A stretch of 64,000 bases of DNA, taken from assembly GCF_009914755.1 (NCBI RefSeq), contig NC_060939.1; one strand, 5' to 3'. Each line of letters begins with the position of its first letter. Positions within the stretch are counted from its first letter, which is position 1. Below are positions 26,377 through 40,001 of the stretch, in pieces. Made by a program: the position numbers and the translations under genes. The notes below the pieces were generated by a model that saw only the letters and a list, made by a program, of their open reading frames with translations, was not told where the DNA came from and did not search any database. This DNA comes from the human T2T-CHM13v2.0 reference genome, Homo sapiens.

Positions 26377-27685
26377 CAGGGGTTCTTCTACAAGTTCATG
26401 GAAAGTGCTTATTATGAAAAAAACTATGCATGGGTTTCAAACTCTTTTTGCACCAAAATAAACTCATACTAACTTGTGATAACATGTCTAAAAGGAATCT
26501 AGTTTGAGGCACTAGGAAGGACAGGACATCAGTTTGAAAAGAGCTCATATCAGAGCAACATGATTTCTTCTAAAATTGAAGCAAGAACAAACATCAAATT
26601 TATGGTGAAGCTTGGGCAGAAAAGTGGTGAAATCATTGATGCTTTACAGAAAGTTTGTGGAGACAATTCTCCAAAGAAATTATCAGTTTAAAATTGTATA
26701 ACTCATTTTAAAAAGGGATAAGACTATGTTCTATGTTGAAGATAAAGCTTGCAACAGCAGGGCATTCACATAAATTTTTGAGGAAAAAAATTAATCTTGT
26801 TTATACCCTAATTGAAGAGGACCACTGATTAACAGCACAAACAATAGCCAACTCCATATACATTTCAATTGGTTTAGCTTACACAATTCTTACTGAAAAA
26901 GGTGAGCAAACTTTTTACTCGACAGGTGCCAAAACTGTTGCATCTAGATCAACAGCAGAGAAGAGCAGAGCTTTCCGTGGAAATTTAAAACAAGTGGGAG
27001 CTATCCTCAAACATTTCTTTGAAGAATTGTAATAGGACATGAAGCATGGCTTTACCAGTATGATCCTGAAAACAAAGCACAATCAAAGCAATGGCTACCA
27101 AGAAGTGGAAGTGGTCCAGTCAAAGCAAAAGTGGGCCAGTAAGAGCAAAGATAATGACCACAATTTCTTTGAGGATTCTCAAGGAATTTTGCTTTTTGAC
27201 TTTCTAAAGGGCCAAAGGACAATAACATTTGCTTATTATGAGAGTGTTTTGAGAAAGTTAGCCAAAGCTTTAGCAGAAAAACATCCAGGAAAGCTTTACC
27301 AGAGAGTTCTTCTCCACCAAAGCAAAGCTCCTCCTGCTTATTTCTCTCATCAAACAAGGGCAATTTTGTGAGAGTTTTGATGGGAAATCATTAGGCATCT
27401 ACACTGAAGTCCTCATTTGGCTTCTTCTGACTTCTTTTTGTTTCCTAATCTTAAAAAAAAATCCCTAAATGAGACTTCTTCTTCATTTAATAGTGTAAAA
27501 ATCTGCATTGACATGGTTCAATTTCCTAGGACCCTCAGTTCTGTAGACATACACTAAATGGCTGATATCATTGCTCACAAAAGTGTCTTGAACTTGATGG
27601 AGCTTATGGTGAGAAATAAAAGTTTATATTTATATTTTTATCTTTTAATTCCATTTTTTCCACATACTTTTGGAAGTCCTCCTTG
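26377..27685 (+). mobile_element. HSMAR2 mariner DNA transposon, full length, transposase inactivated
   Basis: Terminal inverted repeats CAGGGGTTCTTCTACAAGTTCATGGAAA / TTTTCCACATACTTTTGGAAGTCCTCCTTG then TA; ATG 26560 MISSKIEARTNIKFMVKLG; QGILLFDFLKGQRTITFAYYESVLRKLAKALAEK; multiple frameshifts and stops. Confidence 0.93.
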
Positions 27686-28334
27686 TATGTAGAATAAAGA
27701 TAGACTTATTATTCAAGTTTTCACTTGTGTTTGTATAGAATGAAATGCAGGTCAAGGCAAGGCACTATAATCTCCATTACAACTAAATGTCACAGCCACT
27801 TGATCTCCCAATCCCTTACCCTTTTTGCTGGTAGAGCTACTCTTTCATCCAAGTCTGAATAAACCAGCCTTTCCTTGCATTAAAAAAATTTATTTTTGAT
27901 TGGCTTTATCTGGACCAGTTGCCCATAGGACTACAACAAGAATTAGGTCCCACTACAACTTATATAGAGAAGTACAAAGCCTGCTCTGAAAAATATAGTT
28001 TAAAAGAGTTATAGGATTTTCTAAATATTTGCTGGGGTCTGAGGAAAAGACATATGAGTGAAGTCAATGGTTAGGCTGAAAAAGACTAATGAGACAAAAA
28101 TCAGACAGAAATCAATATGGTATATCACCTGAGATTTAGGCATTAATAATTGATTTGAGCACCTGGATAAGTGCTAACAGCCTGCTAGGTTGGTTAATGC
28201 AATCCTGTACTCAGTGAAGATGTTCCAGTATAAATGTCCATCAAAGGTCATCCATTTTGGAGGAGGCACTTAAATGTCATATGGATTAGAAATCATCCAG
28301 CAAACCTGAGGCATGTGATTAAAGTTAAGTTATC

Positions 28335-29365
<1,031 letters not shown>

Positions 29366-29377
29366 CTGTATACTTTT

Positions 29378-29874
29378 TCAACATAGCTAAACCAGAACTA
29401 TGATTCCCAGAATTCCCCTCCATGTATGTTTCCATGTTAGGGCTTACCATAAGAAAAGTTTGTGTAAGATTTGGAAGGTGGAAGTGAAGCAGTAGTTACT
29501 TTTGATGTGAAGTTGGTGGAGAGAAGGTACTGCTGCAGCTCACACATACTGTCACTGGTATGCTGGCTCACCTTGCTGATGTCTCTCCCTTAGATCCTCC
29601 GAGTCCTGAACCAGGTGCAAGTACATCAGAGTTGGAAGCACTCAAGGAGACACTGTTCTAATTTGTCCTTGGCCTCCTCTACTTCGTGTCCATTTTCCCT
29701 TCCATAGTACTGGCTCTACTGGCTTTAGGCCCAGCATGAGATTCAATGGAAACAGACATACATAGATCGCTTAATGGCTTCCACAATTGCGTAAGGTCTA
29801 ATGCCTATAAGAAATTTCTTACTCTATATCAGTTATAGTGGTTCTACTTCTCTGATCAACCCCTGAGTGATACA
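29378..29874 (+). mobile_element. Old ERVL-class solo LTR (LTR33/LTR41 group)
   Basis: TTCCCAGAATTCCCCTCCATGTATG...GATTTGGAAGGTGGAAGTGAAGCAG...GTGGTTCTACTTCTCTGATCAACCCCTGAGTGATACA. Confidence 0.7.
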
Positions 29875-29967
29875 CTCTCAACAGATCACAACAACCCAAT
29901 CATTTATGGGCCTATAGAATACCTTATTGATCACCATGATATTGACACAATATTGCATCTGACCAGG

Positions 29968-30026
29968 TATATTTTACAGCAAATGAATATATTTTACAGC
30001 AAATGATATATTTTACAGCAAATGAA
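29968..30026. repeat. 19-20 bp tandem triplication
   Basis: TATATTTTACAGCAAATGA(A) x3. Confidence 0.95.
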
Positions 30027-31555
30027 GTATAATGATAAGCTCACACACATGGAACTCACTAGTCTACTGACATGCGCCATCACTTACAAGCATCTGATTT
30101 GATAAATTGGTGGAATGCCTGCTTCTGCTAAGGTGTAGTTACAATGCCAGTTGGGAACCACATTTTGTGATGACGAGGTGCTCTCCTACAGGATGCAGGA
30201 GAAGCCTATGATGAGCTACTAAAGCAGGCTGTACTACTGGTCACAGCTCCTGTTCCTCATGCTCTTCTGCAGCCTTGGCTTTTATTTGTGATTCTTGAAA
30301 CCCCTCCCTCATTAGACCCCCATAGCCCTAGGGATTATAAGAGCTCACTGCCCTTGCCAGCCCTGGGTTCCTTTCCATTTCTTCCTGGTTCTTATAACCC
30401 TTGCCCAAATTCTTGTATATAATTCCTTCAATCGATTATTTTCAATCACGCATTTTAGTGTGATATATTTTCTTATCTTGACCTTGATTATTTTCTACAA
30501 TATCTGTAAAACTGAGAAAGAAAGTAGAGCAATATGGATTTACAGAAGTAAATGCACGTAACTGTCAAGCATAAAAAGGGTCTGGAAGAATACATACTAC
30601 ATGATAGTTACTCTAGAGAGGAGGGCAGGAGCCTTGGATTAAGGGTCATTAAAAGGTCTTTGTCTTTATTTGTGATGGTCTAGTTTTTAAAATGAGAACA
30701 AATTCATGTACTCTGTATGCAATTACAAATTATTAAAAATTTAAAGTATCAGTTGAAGATCTTTGCTGATATCAAGTCGTTCTGTGATACTTTAAACTGG
30801 ATTTCAAATTTTCAGAGTATCATTTGCTTATAATTAAATTAAGATTTAATGAACTCTAATATATTAGATATATATTTTTCCAACTAAAACAAAACAGATA
30901 ATTACATTGTTTGAAATTTCCATTTCAGACTACTCTGGGGGTTAAGGATAATGTACCCCTGAGCCGCCTGATTATAGGCCTGTTCTATAAAACATATTCT
31001 TTTGGACTTTATGGGCACTTGCAAGGGAGTCTGTGGGCCATAGATATGAATGACTGTCAGAGAAATGTTCAAGTGGTTTGCTTTTTCCTGGCTTTGCTGC
31101 TCTGAAGAGAGTCTGTCTTGGGAGGCAGTTTCAACCTAGAAGTTAGTCTTAAGAATTCAGTTATTTGCCTGTATTTCAAACTAATTTTTAACTTCTTAGC
31201 TCTGAAATTCATGATCATTGAGCCATTCTACCCTTATTTATGTTCCCTTTTAGTCATTGCCTATAATTCTATTTTGAAACTATTTTTTCTCTTTTTTTTT
31301 TTTTTACATTTTTGATTTGGCCTAATTTTATTCTTTAGATTTTAGTTTTGTTCAGTTAAACCAATATTTATAGAGTTCCTAATATGTGCCAGAAAATGTA
31401 AAAGGCATTATAGAGACAGAGAAAAATAAGCTAGACATCCTGGCTAGCTTCCATTCTGCAGGACATAGAGAAATAGTTTCAATGTCACCAGGTAAGTACA
31501 GTGATAGAGTTATGCATAAGATGGTATGGGAGTACAAAGAGGAGCAGAGGGTGCA

Positions 31556-31665
31556 GCAGTGTTTTCAACAACAGTTGTACATCAGAATTACCTGAGACAC
31601 TTTTAAAAAATAATGAGACTCTTGGCTGACCTCCCAGAGAGTTTGATTCAATTGGTTTGGTTGGA
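31556..31665. mobile_element. MER5 hAT-Charlie fragment
   Basis: CAGTGTTTTCAAC...GTACATCAGAATTACCTGAG...CCCAGAGAGTTTGATTCAATTGGTTTGG. Confidence 0.7.
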
Positions 31666-33835
31666 TACATTATTCCTATTATTATTTTACAATTAAGACT
31701 CTATTTTCCTTTCTAGTTTTCTTCTGTGTTTTTTTTAAAAATGTAAAGAATTAATTTTTTTAATTTTTAATTTTTTTAAATTATAGATACATAATTGAAC
31801 ATATTTGTGGGGTTCATGTGGTATTGCGATACAAGCATACAGTGTGTAATGATCAAATCAGAGTAGTCAATCCATCTCCTTCAATATTTATCATTTCTTT
31901 GTGGTAGGAACATTCTAATTCCACTCTTCTAGTTATTTTGAAATTTATAACAAATTATTAATTATAGTCACCCTATTGTGCTACCAAAACTAGATCTTAA
32001 TCCTCCATGTAACCGTATTTTTGTACTCATTAACCATCCTCACTTTCTCTCCTGCATACCACTACCATTCTCAGCCTACAGTAATCATGATTCCACTCTC
32101 TAGCTCCATGAGATCTACAATTTTAGCTTCCATCGATGAATGAGAACCTGTGATCTTTGTCTTTTTTCACCTGGCTTATTTCACTTAATGTCCTCCAGGT
32201 CCATCCATGTTGTTTCAAAGGACAGGATTTTACTTTTTTGTGGCCAAATAATATTCCATTGTGTATATGTAACACATTTTCTTTATTTATCCATTGATGG
32301 GCACTTAGGTTGATTCTACATCCTGGCTATTGTGAGTAGTGCTGCAATAAACATGAGAATGCAGACTATCTTCAATATGCGGCTTTTTCTTTTCTTTTAA
32401 ATATACGTCCAGCAGTGGGACTGCTGGATCATATGGTAATTTTACTTTTAGGTTTTTGAGAAGCCTCTATATTGTTATCCATAGTGATTGTATTAATTTA
32501 CATTCCCTCCAACAGTGTATGCGGGTTCCCCTTTCTCCATATCCTCACCAGCATCCATTATTGCCCGTCTTTTGGATAAGAGCCATTTTAACTGGGGTGA
32601 GAGTATGTCTCATTGTAGTTTTATTTTACATTTCTCTGATAATTAGTAACGTTGAGCATTTTTCATATACTTGTTTCCCATTTGTGTCTTCTGAGAAATG
32701 TCTATTGAAATCTTTTACCCATTTTTTAATCAGTTTTTTTTTTGCTATTGAATTATTTGAGCTCCCTACATATTCTGGTTATTAATCACTTGTCAGATGG
32801 GTAGTTTGCAAATATTTTCTCTGATTCTGTGGATTGTCTCTGCACTTTGTTGACTTTTTCCTGTACTGTGCAGAAGTTTTAGCCATTTTTTAATTGAATT
32901 ATTAGATTTAGTTTTTTTTTCCTATTGTTTTTGAGCTCTTTATATGTTCTGGTTATTAATCTCTCGTCAGATGGGTAGTTTGCAAGTATTTTCTCCCATT
33001 CTGTGAGTTGTCTCTTTGTTGACTCTTTCCTTCACTGCACAGAAGCTTTTTAGCTTGATATGTTCCCATTTGTCCATTTTTGCTTTGGCTGTCTGTGCTT
33101 TTGAGGTCTAGCTCAAGAAATCTTTGCCTACTTCAATGTCCTGGAGAGCTTACCCAATGTTTTTTTTTTTTTCAGCAGTTTCATAGTTTGAGGTCTTAGA
33201 TTTAAGTTTTTAGTTCATTTTGATTTGATTTTTGTATGTGGTGAGAGATAGGGGTTTACACTCACTTTTCTGCATATGAATATCCAATTATCGCAGCACC
33301 ACTTATTGAAGAAACTGTCCTTTTCCCAATGTATGTTCTTGGCACCTTTGTCAAAAATGAGTTCACTGTAGATGTATAGATTTATTTTTGGGTTCTCTAT
33401 TCTGTTCCACTGGTCTATGTGTCTGTTTTTATGCCAGTACTGTACAGTTTGGTTTACTATAGCTCTGCAGTATAATTTGAAGTCAGGTAATGTAATTCCT
33501 CCAGTTTTGTTCTTTTTGCTTAGGATAACTTTGACTTTTCTGGGTCTTTTATAGTTCCATATACATTTTAAGATTTTTGTTTCTATTTCTGTGAAGAATG
33601 TCATTGATATTTTGACCTGGATTGCACTGAATCTGTAGATTGCTTTTGGTAGTATAAACATTTTAACAATATTAATTCTTTCAATTGCTAGTATTTTTAA
33701 AGGATTTTTCATCAATATTCATCAGCAATATTGGGCTCTAGTTTTCTGTTCTTGCTGTGTCTTTCTCTGGCTTTGTTATCAGGGTAATACTGGCCTTGTA
33801 GAAGGAGTTTGGAAGTATTCCCTCTTTCTCCATTT

Positions 33836-34118
33836 TTTAAATTTATTATTTTTTTATTATACTTTAAGTTCTAGGGTACATGTGCACAATGTGCAGGTTT
33901 GTTACATATGTATACATGTGCCATGTTGGTGTGCTGCACCCATTAACTTGTCATTTACATTAGGTATATCTCCTAACGCTATCCCTCCCCCTCCCCCCAC
34001 CCCACAACAGTCCCCAGAGTATGTTGTTTCCCTTCCTGTGTCCATGTGTTCTCATTGTTCAATTCCCACCTATAAGTGAGAACATGCGGTGTCTGGTTTT
34101 TTGCCTTGCGACAGTTTG
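33836..34118 (-). mobile_element. L1PA 3' end (L1PA4/5-like), copy A
   Basis: TTATACTTTAAGTTCTAGGGTACATGTGCACAATGTGCAGGTTTGTTAC...TCATTTACATTAGG. Confidence 0.93.
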
Positions 34119-34149
34119 TAGTTTGAGTAGGATTGGTACTGGTTATTCT

Positions 34150-34438
34150 ATTTATTTATTTATTTTTTTATTATTATACTTTAAGTTTTAGGGTACATGT
34201 GCACATTGTGCAGGTTAGTTACATACGTATACATGTGCCATGCTGGTGTGCTGCACCCACTAACTCGTCATCTAGCATTAGGTATGTCTCCCAATGCTAT
34301 CCCTCCCCCCTCCCCCCACCCCACAGCAGTCCCCAGAGTGTGATGTTCCCCTTCCTGTGTCCAAGTGTTCTCATTGTTCAATTCCGACCTATGAGTGAGA
34401 ACATGCGGTATTTGGTTTTTTGTCCTTGCAATAGTTTG
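34150..34438 (-). mobile_element. L1PA 3' end (L1PA2/3-like), copy B
   Basis: TTTTAGGGTACATGTGCACATTGTGCAGGTTAGTTAC...CCACTAACTCGTCATCTAGCATTAGG. Confidence 0.93.
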
Positions 34439-34904
34439 TAGTTTGAGTAGGATTGGTATTAGTTATTCTTTAAATGTTTGGTAGAATTTGGAAATGAAGC
34501 CATTGGGTCCCAGGCTTTTTTAGTCCATTTAAATTTAATGTTATTATTGATAAGTAAGGATTTACCGCTGCCCTTTTAAAATTTGTGTTCTGGTTGTTTT
34601 GTGGCCTTCCTTCCATCCTTCCATCCTTTCTTCTTTCCATCTTCCTTTTGGTGAAGGTCATTTTCTCTGGTGGTATGATTTAATTTATTGCTTTTTATTT
34701 TTTATGTATCTGTTGTATGTTTTTTGATTTGAGATTTCCATCAGACAGTAAACCCTATCTTATAATAATCCATTGTTTTAAGTTGATAACAACTTAAAAC
34801 TGCTTGTATAAACAAACACACAAACTAACACGCAAAAAGAAAACTAATAAAAGCTCTGAACATCATCCTCCCAGTTTTTAACTTTTTGTTGTTGCTATTT
34901 ATAT

Positions 34905-35040
34905 ATATCTCTCTCTTTAAAGTAAATACAGGGTTTTGCCATGTTGGCCAGGTTGGACTTGAACTCCTGACCTCAAGTGATCCATCTGCTTTGACCTCTG
35001 AAAGTGCTGGGATTACAGGTGTGAGCCACGGCACCTGGCC
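34905..35040 (-). mobile_element. Alu left monomer only
   Basis: GGGTTTTGCCATGTTGGCCAGG...GTGAGCCACGGCACCTGGCC with flanking direct repeats. Confidence 0.9.
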
Positions 35041-36542
35041 TGTTTCTATTTATGTCTTATTGTACAGTCTATGTCTTGAAGAGTTGTTGTAGTTGTTATT
35101 TTTGATTGGTTCATCTTTTAGTTTTCCTACTTAAGAGTAGTTTACACACTACATAGTGTTATAATATTCTGTGTTTCAGAAATATTTTAAATAATTTTAA
35201 AGTAATACTATTATCGGTGAATTTTGTACCTTCAGAGGATTTTTTATTGCTTATTAACATCCTTTTCTTTCTGATTGAGTGCTCCCTTTGTCATTTCTTG
35301 TGGGACAGGTCTCACCTTTTGTTTGTCTGGGAAAGCCTTTATTTCTCCTTCATGTTTGAAGGATAATTTCACCAGATGTACTATTCTAGGGTACAAGTTT
35401 TTCTTTCAGCACTTTAAATATGTCATGCCACTTTCTCCTGGCCTGTAAGGTCTCCACTGAAAAGTCTGCTGCCAAACATATTGGATCTCCATTGTTTATT
35501 TTCTCATTTCTCTTGCTGATTTTAGGATCCTTTCTTTATCCTTTACCTCTGGGAGTTTGCTTATTAAATGCCTTGAAGTAGTCAGACGTGAAGCTAGTAC
35601 AGCACTGGGTCTCACTCAAGGTCTGCTATACCCACTTCCTGGCTATGGCCCATGTTCCTTAAGGGTCCCAGGGCTCTTCAGTCAGCCTGTGGTGAATGAG
35701 GCCTGGGACTCACCCTTCAGGACAGTGGGCTCCCCTCTGGCCCAGAGTAAGTCCGGAAATGCCATCCCAGAGCCAAGGCCTGGAACTGAGGACCCCAAAA
35801 GTCCGCTTGGTGTTTTACCCCTCTGTGGCTGAGCTGATAGCTGAGGTGCAAGACAAAGTCCCCTTTACTTTTTCCTGTACTTTTCTCAAGCAGAAGAATC
35901 TCTCTCCATAGCCACCACAGCTGGGAATGTGCCAGTTCACACCTGAAGCCAGCACATCTCTGAGTCTCACCCAAGGCCTGCAGCATACTACCTGGATATG
36001 GCTGCTGCTGCTTCCGGGCCGAAGGGCTTTTTAAGCAGTAGGTTGTGGATCCTGCTGGGACTGGGTTCTTCCCTTCAAGGCAGTGGGTTCCTTTCTGGCC
36101 CAAGGTATGTCTAGAAATGTTGTTCGAGAGTTAGGGCCAGATGACGCTGACCGTTGTGTCCTATCCTACTATGGCTGAGCTGGTATTTAAGATGCAAGAG
36201 AAAAGTCCTCTTCACCCTTCTCTCCTCTCATCAAACATAAGGAAAAGGTCTCTTTTGGAGAGGTGCATTGTTCTGCCTGTGGTTGGGGAAGGGATAATGT
36301 AAGCACTCCCTCAGCTGCCCCAGCTGGTGTCTCAAAGGTCACGTGCCCCCCACCTCCTCAGTCGGCTGGCTCTGAGCCCAGCTCAGGACTAGGACTTGCC
36401 TAGGAATTGCAGTCTTTGCGTCCTATACTGCCTTTCAAGTTAATATGGGGCCCCACAGCCCTCCAGCCCTGGGTGGTGAGGCTGGCTGGAACTCATCCTC
36501 CCACTGAAGGGATGGGTGATGTCCTCTGGCTAGTTAGTGCTG

Positions 36543-36750
36543 GTTGTTTTTTTTTTTAATTTTATGTATATATATATATTATACTTTAAGTTCTAGGGTA
36601 CCTGTGCCATGCTGGTGTGCTGCACCCATTAACTCGTCATTTACATTAGGTATATCTTCTAATGCTATCCCTGCCCCCAACCCCAGCCCCACAACAGGCC
36701 CCAGTGTGTGATGTTCCCCTTCCTGTGTCCAAGTGTTCTCATGGTTCAGT
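36543..36750 (-). mobile_element. Short L1PA 3' end with small internal deletion
   Basis: Poly(T), TTATACTTTAAGTTCTAGGGTACCTGTGCCATGCTGG (segment between the two TACATGTGC repeats is missing). Confidence 0.9.
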
Positions 36751-37199
36751 TTTTAAACGCACCCTCCGTGGTGAGTGTCAGCTGAGTTCAGCTCTGTTCT
36801 GCTTTCTGTGGGACAGGGCAGCACTGAGTTCCATGCAAAGCCTCACAGTTGCTGTGCTATGCCTATCTCCACCACCCAGTGCTGTGGGTGGTCGGGGGGA
36901 GCGGTGGCGTCACAACTCAAGACTGAATTCAATATTTCAAGAGGATAGAAAAGACATCTTCTATCCTCTTCAGTGCCTCTTTTAGTGATATTAAGTCAAA
37001 AACAGGCACTACGAGTGCTTACCTGATCTTTGGTTCCTATGAAGCTACTCCTTTTGTGTAGATAGTTGTCAGACGTGGTGTTCTTGTGTGTGTGTGTGTG
37101 GCAGGGGTGGTGATCGGTGGAGACTTCTATTCAGCCATTCTGCCCCTCCCCCTCTTCCTAATTTTAAACCACCAATGAGCAAGTTGGACTTAGCAGATA

Positions 37200-37512
37200 A
37201 AATCTCCAAGGGTGAGGGTCTTAAAATATCCAGTCTCAGTTTTGTTTCCTCTCCAGGACTCATTACAAGACTTTTCTTTTGGTGGTTCTTACCAAGCCAA
37301 TCAGGTTCCAGGGACAATTCCCCTGGCCACATGAACAAAGCTGGCAAATCCAGGTTTCTGCAAAAGCAGCTAGTCAGTATTCTTCAGTGCTGTTAATTCA
37401 CTACTTTTTGTGATTCTCTTAGCTTTTTATATAATAGAAGTGGCACAAGCAGAAGCTCAGTTACCTGTATTCTAATTACCTGAAGATCATGTGGTCTGGG
37501 AACAGGTAAGTG
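37200..37512 (+). promoter_or_regulatory. Candidate OR4F13P promoter/first exon (module copy 3)
   Basis: CTCCAGGACTCATTA, TTCCAGGGACAATTCCCCTGGCC (O/E-like), GTTAATT, TATATAA, consensus donor CAG|GTAAGT at 37506. Confidence 0.6.
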
Positions 37513-39778
37513 GAAAGATGGAAAGTCAAGATAACAGCAGGAAAAAAATTTAAATTGATTTATGAAATTTAGTTTCAGCAAAATAGTGTAGTGGCAGAAT
37601 CTCTCTTTGCATTTATCAAATAAGATTTTGGTGTGGTCAAGTAGGTTATAACGTAGGGAAGAAGGAACAGATCACATTAGGGCATACATAAGGGGCTACA
37701 GATCATGAAGAAAGGCAAATAACTGACTTTCACTTTTACCTGGTAGTAGAAATGTATCATGGGTATCCACAGTAAAAGGAAGGCTATGAAGGAGAGTTGG
37801 ACTCAGCACAATGCAGTGTCTTTAGCAGAGGCAAGAGATTTGGGAGTTCAAATGGTGACTTAGAAAATGATTTATTATTTAAAAATCTTCTTAACCTGTT
37901 TGATAGGCGTGAAGGGAAATTAATAACCTATAGAAGTTAAAAGTGAAGACCACTTGCTCTATCTCTGTCTTTGCAGAAAAGTTTAAAAAGGAAGTCTGCT
38001 AGAGACTCATGTTCTGTGGCACTTCTTGGGACCAAATTAAATGAAATAAACAGAATTTGGAGAAGAATTGACCGGTAAACTGTCTTTCTGAGAGCCCACC
38101 TGCCCTTACCTGCATGCCTTACTACACACTTAATATCATTTTCAACTGTGAAGAAGAAAAACTGTTATAATGGTACTAATGGAGGAATAAATTATTCTGC
38201 TATGATAGTTCGTTGGACGTTTAGTTGTTTTTTTCTTCTTCCTCTCTAGTTTTGGCCATTACAATGTAAAATAGAGGTAGATACATTTCAGGTAAAATAA
38301 CAAATTTTTGGAATCCAGGAATCCAGGGACATGAAAATTGACCGTAAGAGGAAAGATGAAAGGAAGGAGTAATTTAGTTTGATTACTTAATTCAAGCATG
38401 GTAATGATTTATATGAGAGGATATAAGGACACCTGTATTTTTACTTTTAAAAAGAAACAGACAAGTGAACATAGGCTTAAAACAAATAACCAGAAAGTTC
38501 AGCTGGGAGCAGGGAAGAAGTTTTGGGCTGTTGAAATGATAAAGCACAGGAATGGCCAAAAAAGAGAAATATTGAATTCTTAAGTAGTATGACTTAGATA
38601 ATTTAGAAATGCCACTGATGTGGACTGGACTGGACAGAAATTCTCCCTCAATGCTTTATTTCTATGCCTTTATTAGTAGGATACTAATTTTATCTATTTT
38701 CTTCAACTATAAATTTTAACATGGCTAAGAATTTCTTCTGGGAGACTGACCAAATTCATATAAATATGCAAATCAAATGATGTTGTTTGGAGAGCAAATA
38801 TTAAAAAGTTATGATTTGTAACTTTTATAGTCTTGAATTAATAAAAAAGAAAAAAAAAGCATGGTGGAGGAAAGTCCTGGAGAACCAAAGATTGAAAGTA
38901 TTCTTTTAGAACAAGCTCAGTTTACTGAGAGCAAAGAATGGCTCAGAGAGCACTGAACACCCTTCAGGGGGCAGTGGGATACCTTTCTCTAGCCTTGTGT
39001 ATTCCACCAGGAGCAACTTTTGCCTTTGAGACTCTGAAGACACAAGTTAAATACACTGTAAATATCTTGTGATATACAATTATTTGCTTTGCTTCTTTTC
39101 CAGTTTTAGGCTATCTGGCCCATTTCTAAAATTCATTTTTTCCTGTTTCCTTGTCCAATTTCTCCATCATTTGTATCACATTCAGGCTCATTACATTTGG
39201 ATAATATCAGATATTCTAAACTTGTGTTTTTTCTCTCCAAACTCCATTTGCTTAAATACCTGCTGCTGCTTCCAGAAGGAGATCAGAAAAAATAATCTAC
39301 ACAAAACTATGAAAGACTTGTTATTTCTTATTATCTGAACCTTTGGGACATTAGTACATATTTCTCAGATTTATTGCTTGTGCATCTAGAAAAATTCTGA
39401 TTTTATCTATCAAATCGTGGGATACATTAGGTATATAGCCAAGTTTTTTTGTTTAACGATGATGCATTCTTTCATTTTTTGTAAAGTGTTGTCATTATAG
39501 ACTTCCGGTGTCCCTAGCAATAACTAGTCTGCGTTGTTTAGAGACCTTTCTTCTTTTGAGTTGCATTTAAGCTTCCCTTTTGACTGTCTATTCATCTATT
39601 CATCTTTCATCATCCTTCCTTCCCTCAATGCATCCATTCTCCCATCCAGCTACTCATCCACTTACTCATTCACTGCCGCACCAAACACTCATTAGAGCAC
39701 ACCATGTGACGGGAATGATGGTGAGGAATAAATTGATATAAAAACTGAATTTTACATAGAGAAGCTCATAGTTTAATG

Positions 39779-40001
39779 CAGGGGTTTTCTACTTTGGCGC
39801 CATTGACATTTGGGGCTGGTCAGTTTTTGCTGTGGGGTCTATCCTGTGCAGTGTAGGATATTTAGTAGTATCCCTGGTTTATACACACCAGATGCCAGTA
39901 GTATTCTTCCCCCCATTATCCCTCATTGGGGAAACTAAAAACGTTTTCAGACATTGCTAAATGTCCCCTGGGAGGTAAAATGCCCTGGATGAGAACCACT
40001 G
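39779..40001 (+). mobile_element. MER20 hAT-Charlie element (within L2 remnant)
   Basis: CAGGGGTTTTCTACTTTGGCGCCATTGACATTTGGGGCTGG...GAGAACCACTG; 8-bp flanks GTTTAATG/GATTAATA. Confidence 0.9.

Larger units (their letters stand above)
31755..37150 (-). mobile_element. L1MA-type LINE-1 from 3' UTR to 5' UTR, with large internal deletions and nested L1PA/Alu
   Basis: Antisense 3' UTR from 31755; ORF2 remnant 33215-33690 ([12 protein letters not shown]...[11 protein letters not shown]...DQWNRIENP); ORF1/inter-ORF 34520-35580; GC-richer, internally repeated 5' region 35580-37150. Confidence 0.85.

Noticed and set aside
27039-27371. 110-aa ORF resembling a transposase
   Set aside because: Frameshift chimera within dead HSMAR2; catalytic residues lost
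33215-33715. 166-aa ORF
   Set aside because: L1 ORF2 remnant, not an independent gene
35640-36200. Dispersed ~150-bp GC-richer repeat pair
   Set aside because: Consistent with internal repetition of old L1M 5' regions
38766-38773. Octamer ATGCAAAT (also at 11710 and 20293)
   Set aside because: A few copies are expected by chance in 64 kb of AT-rich DNA
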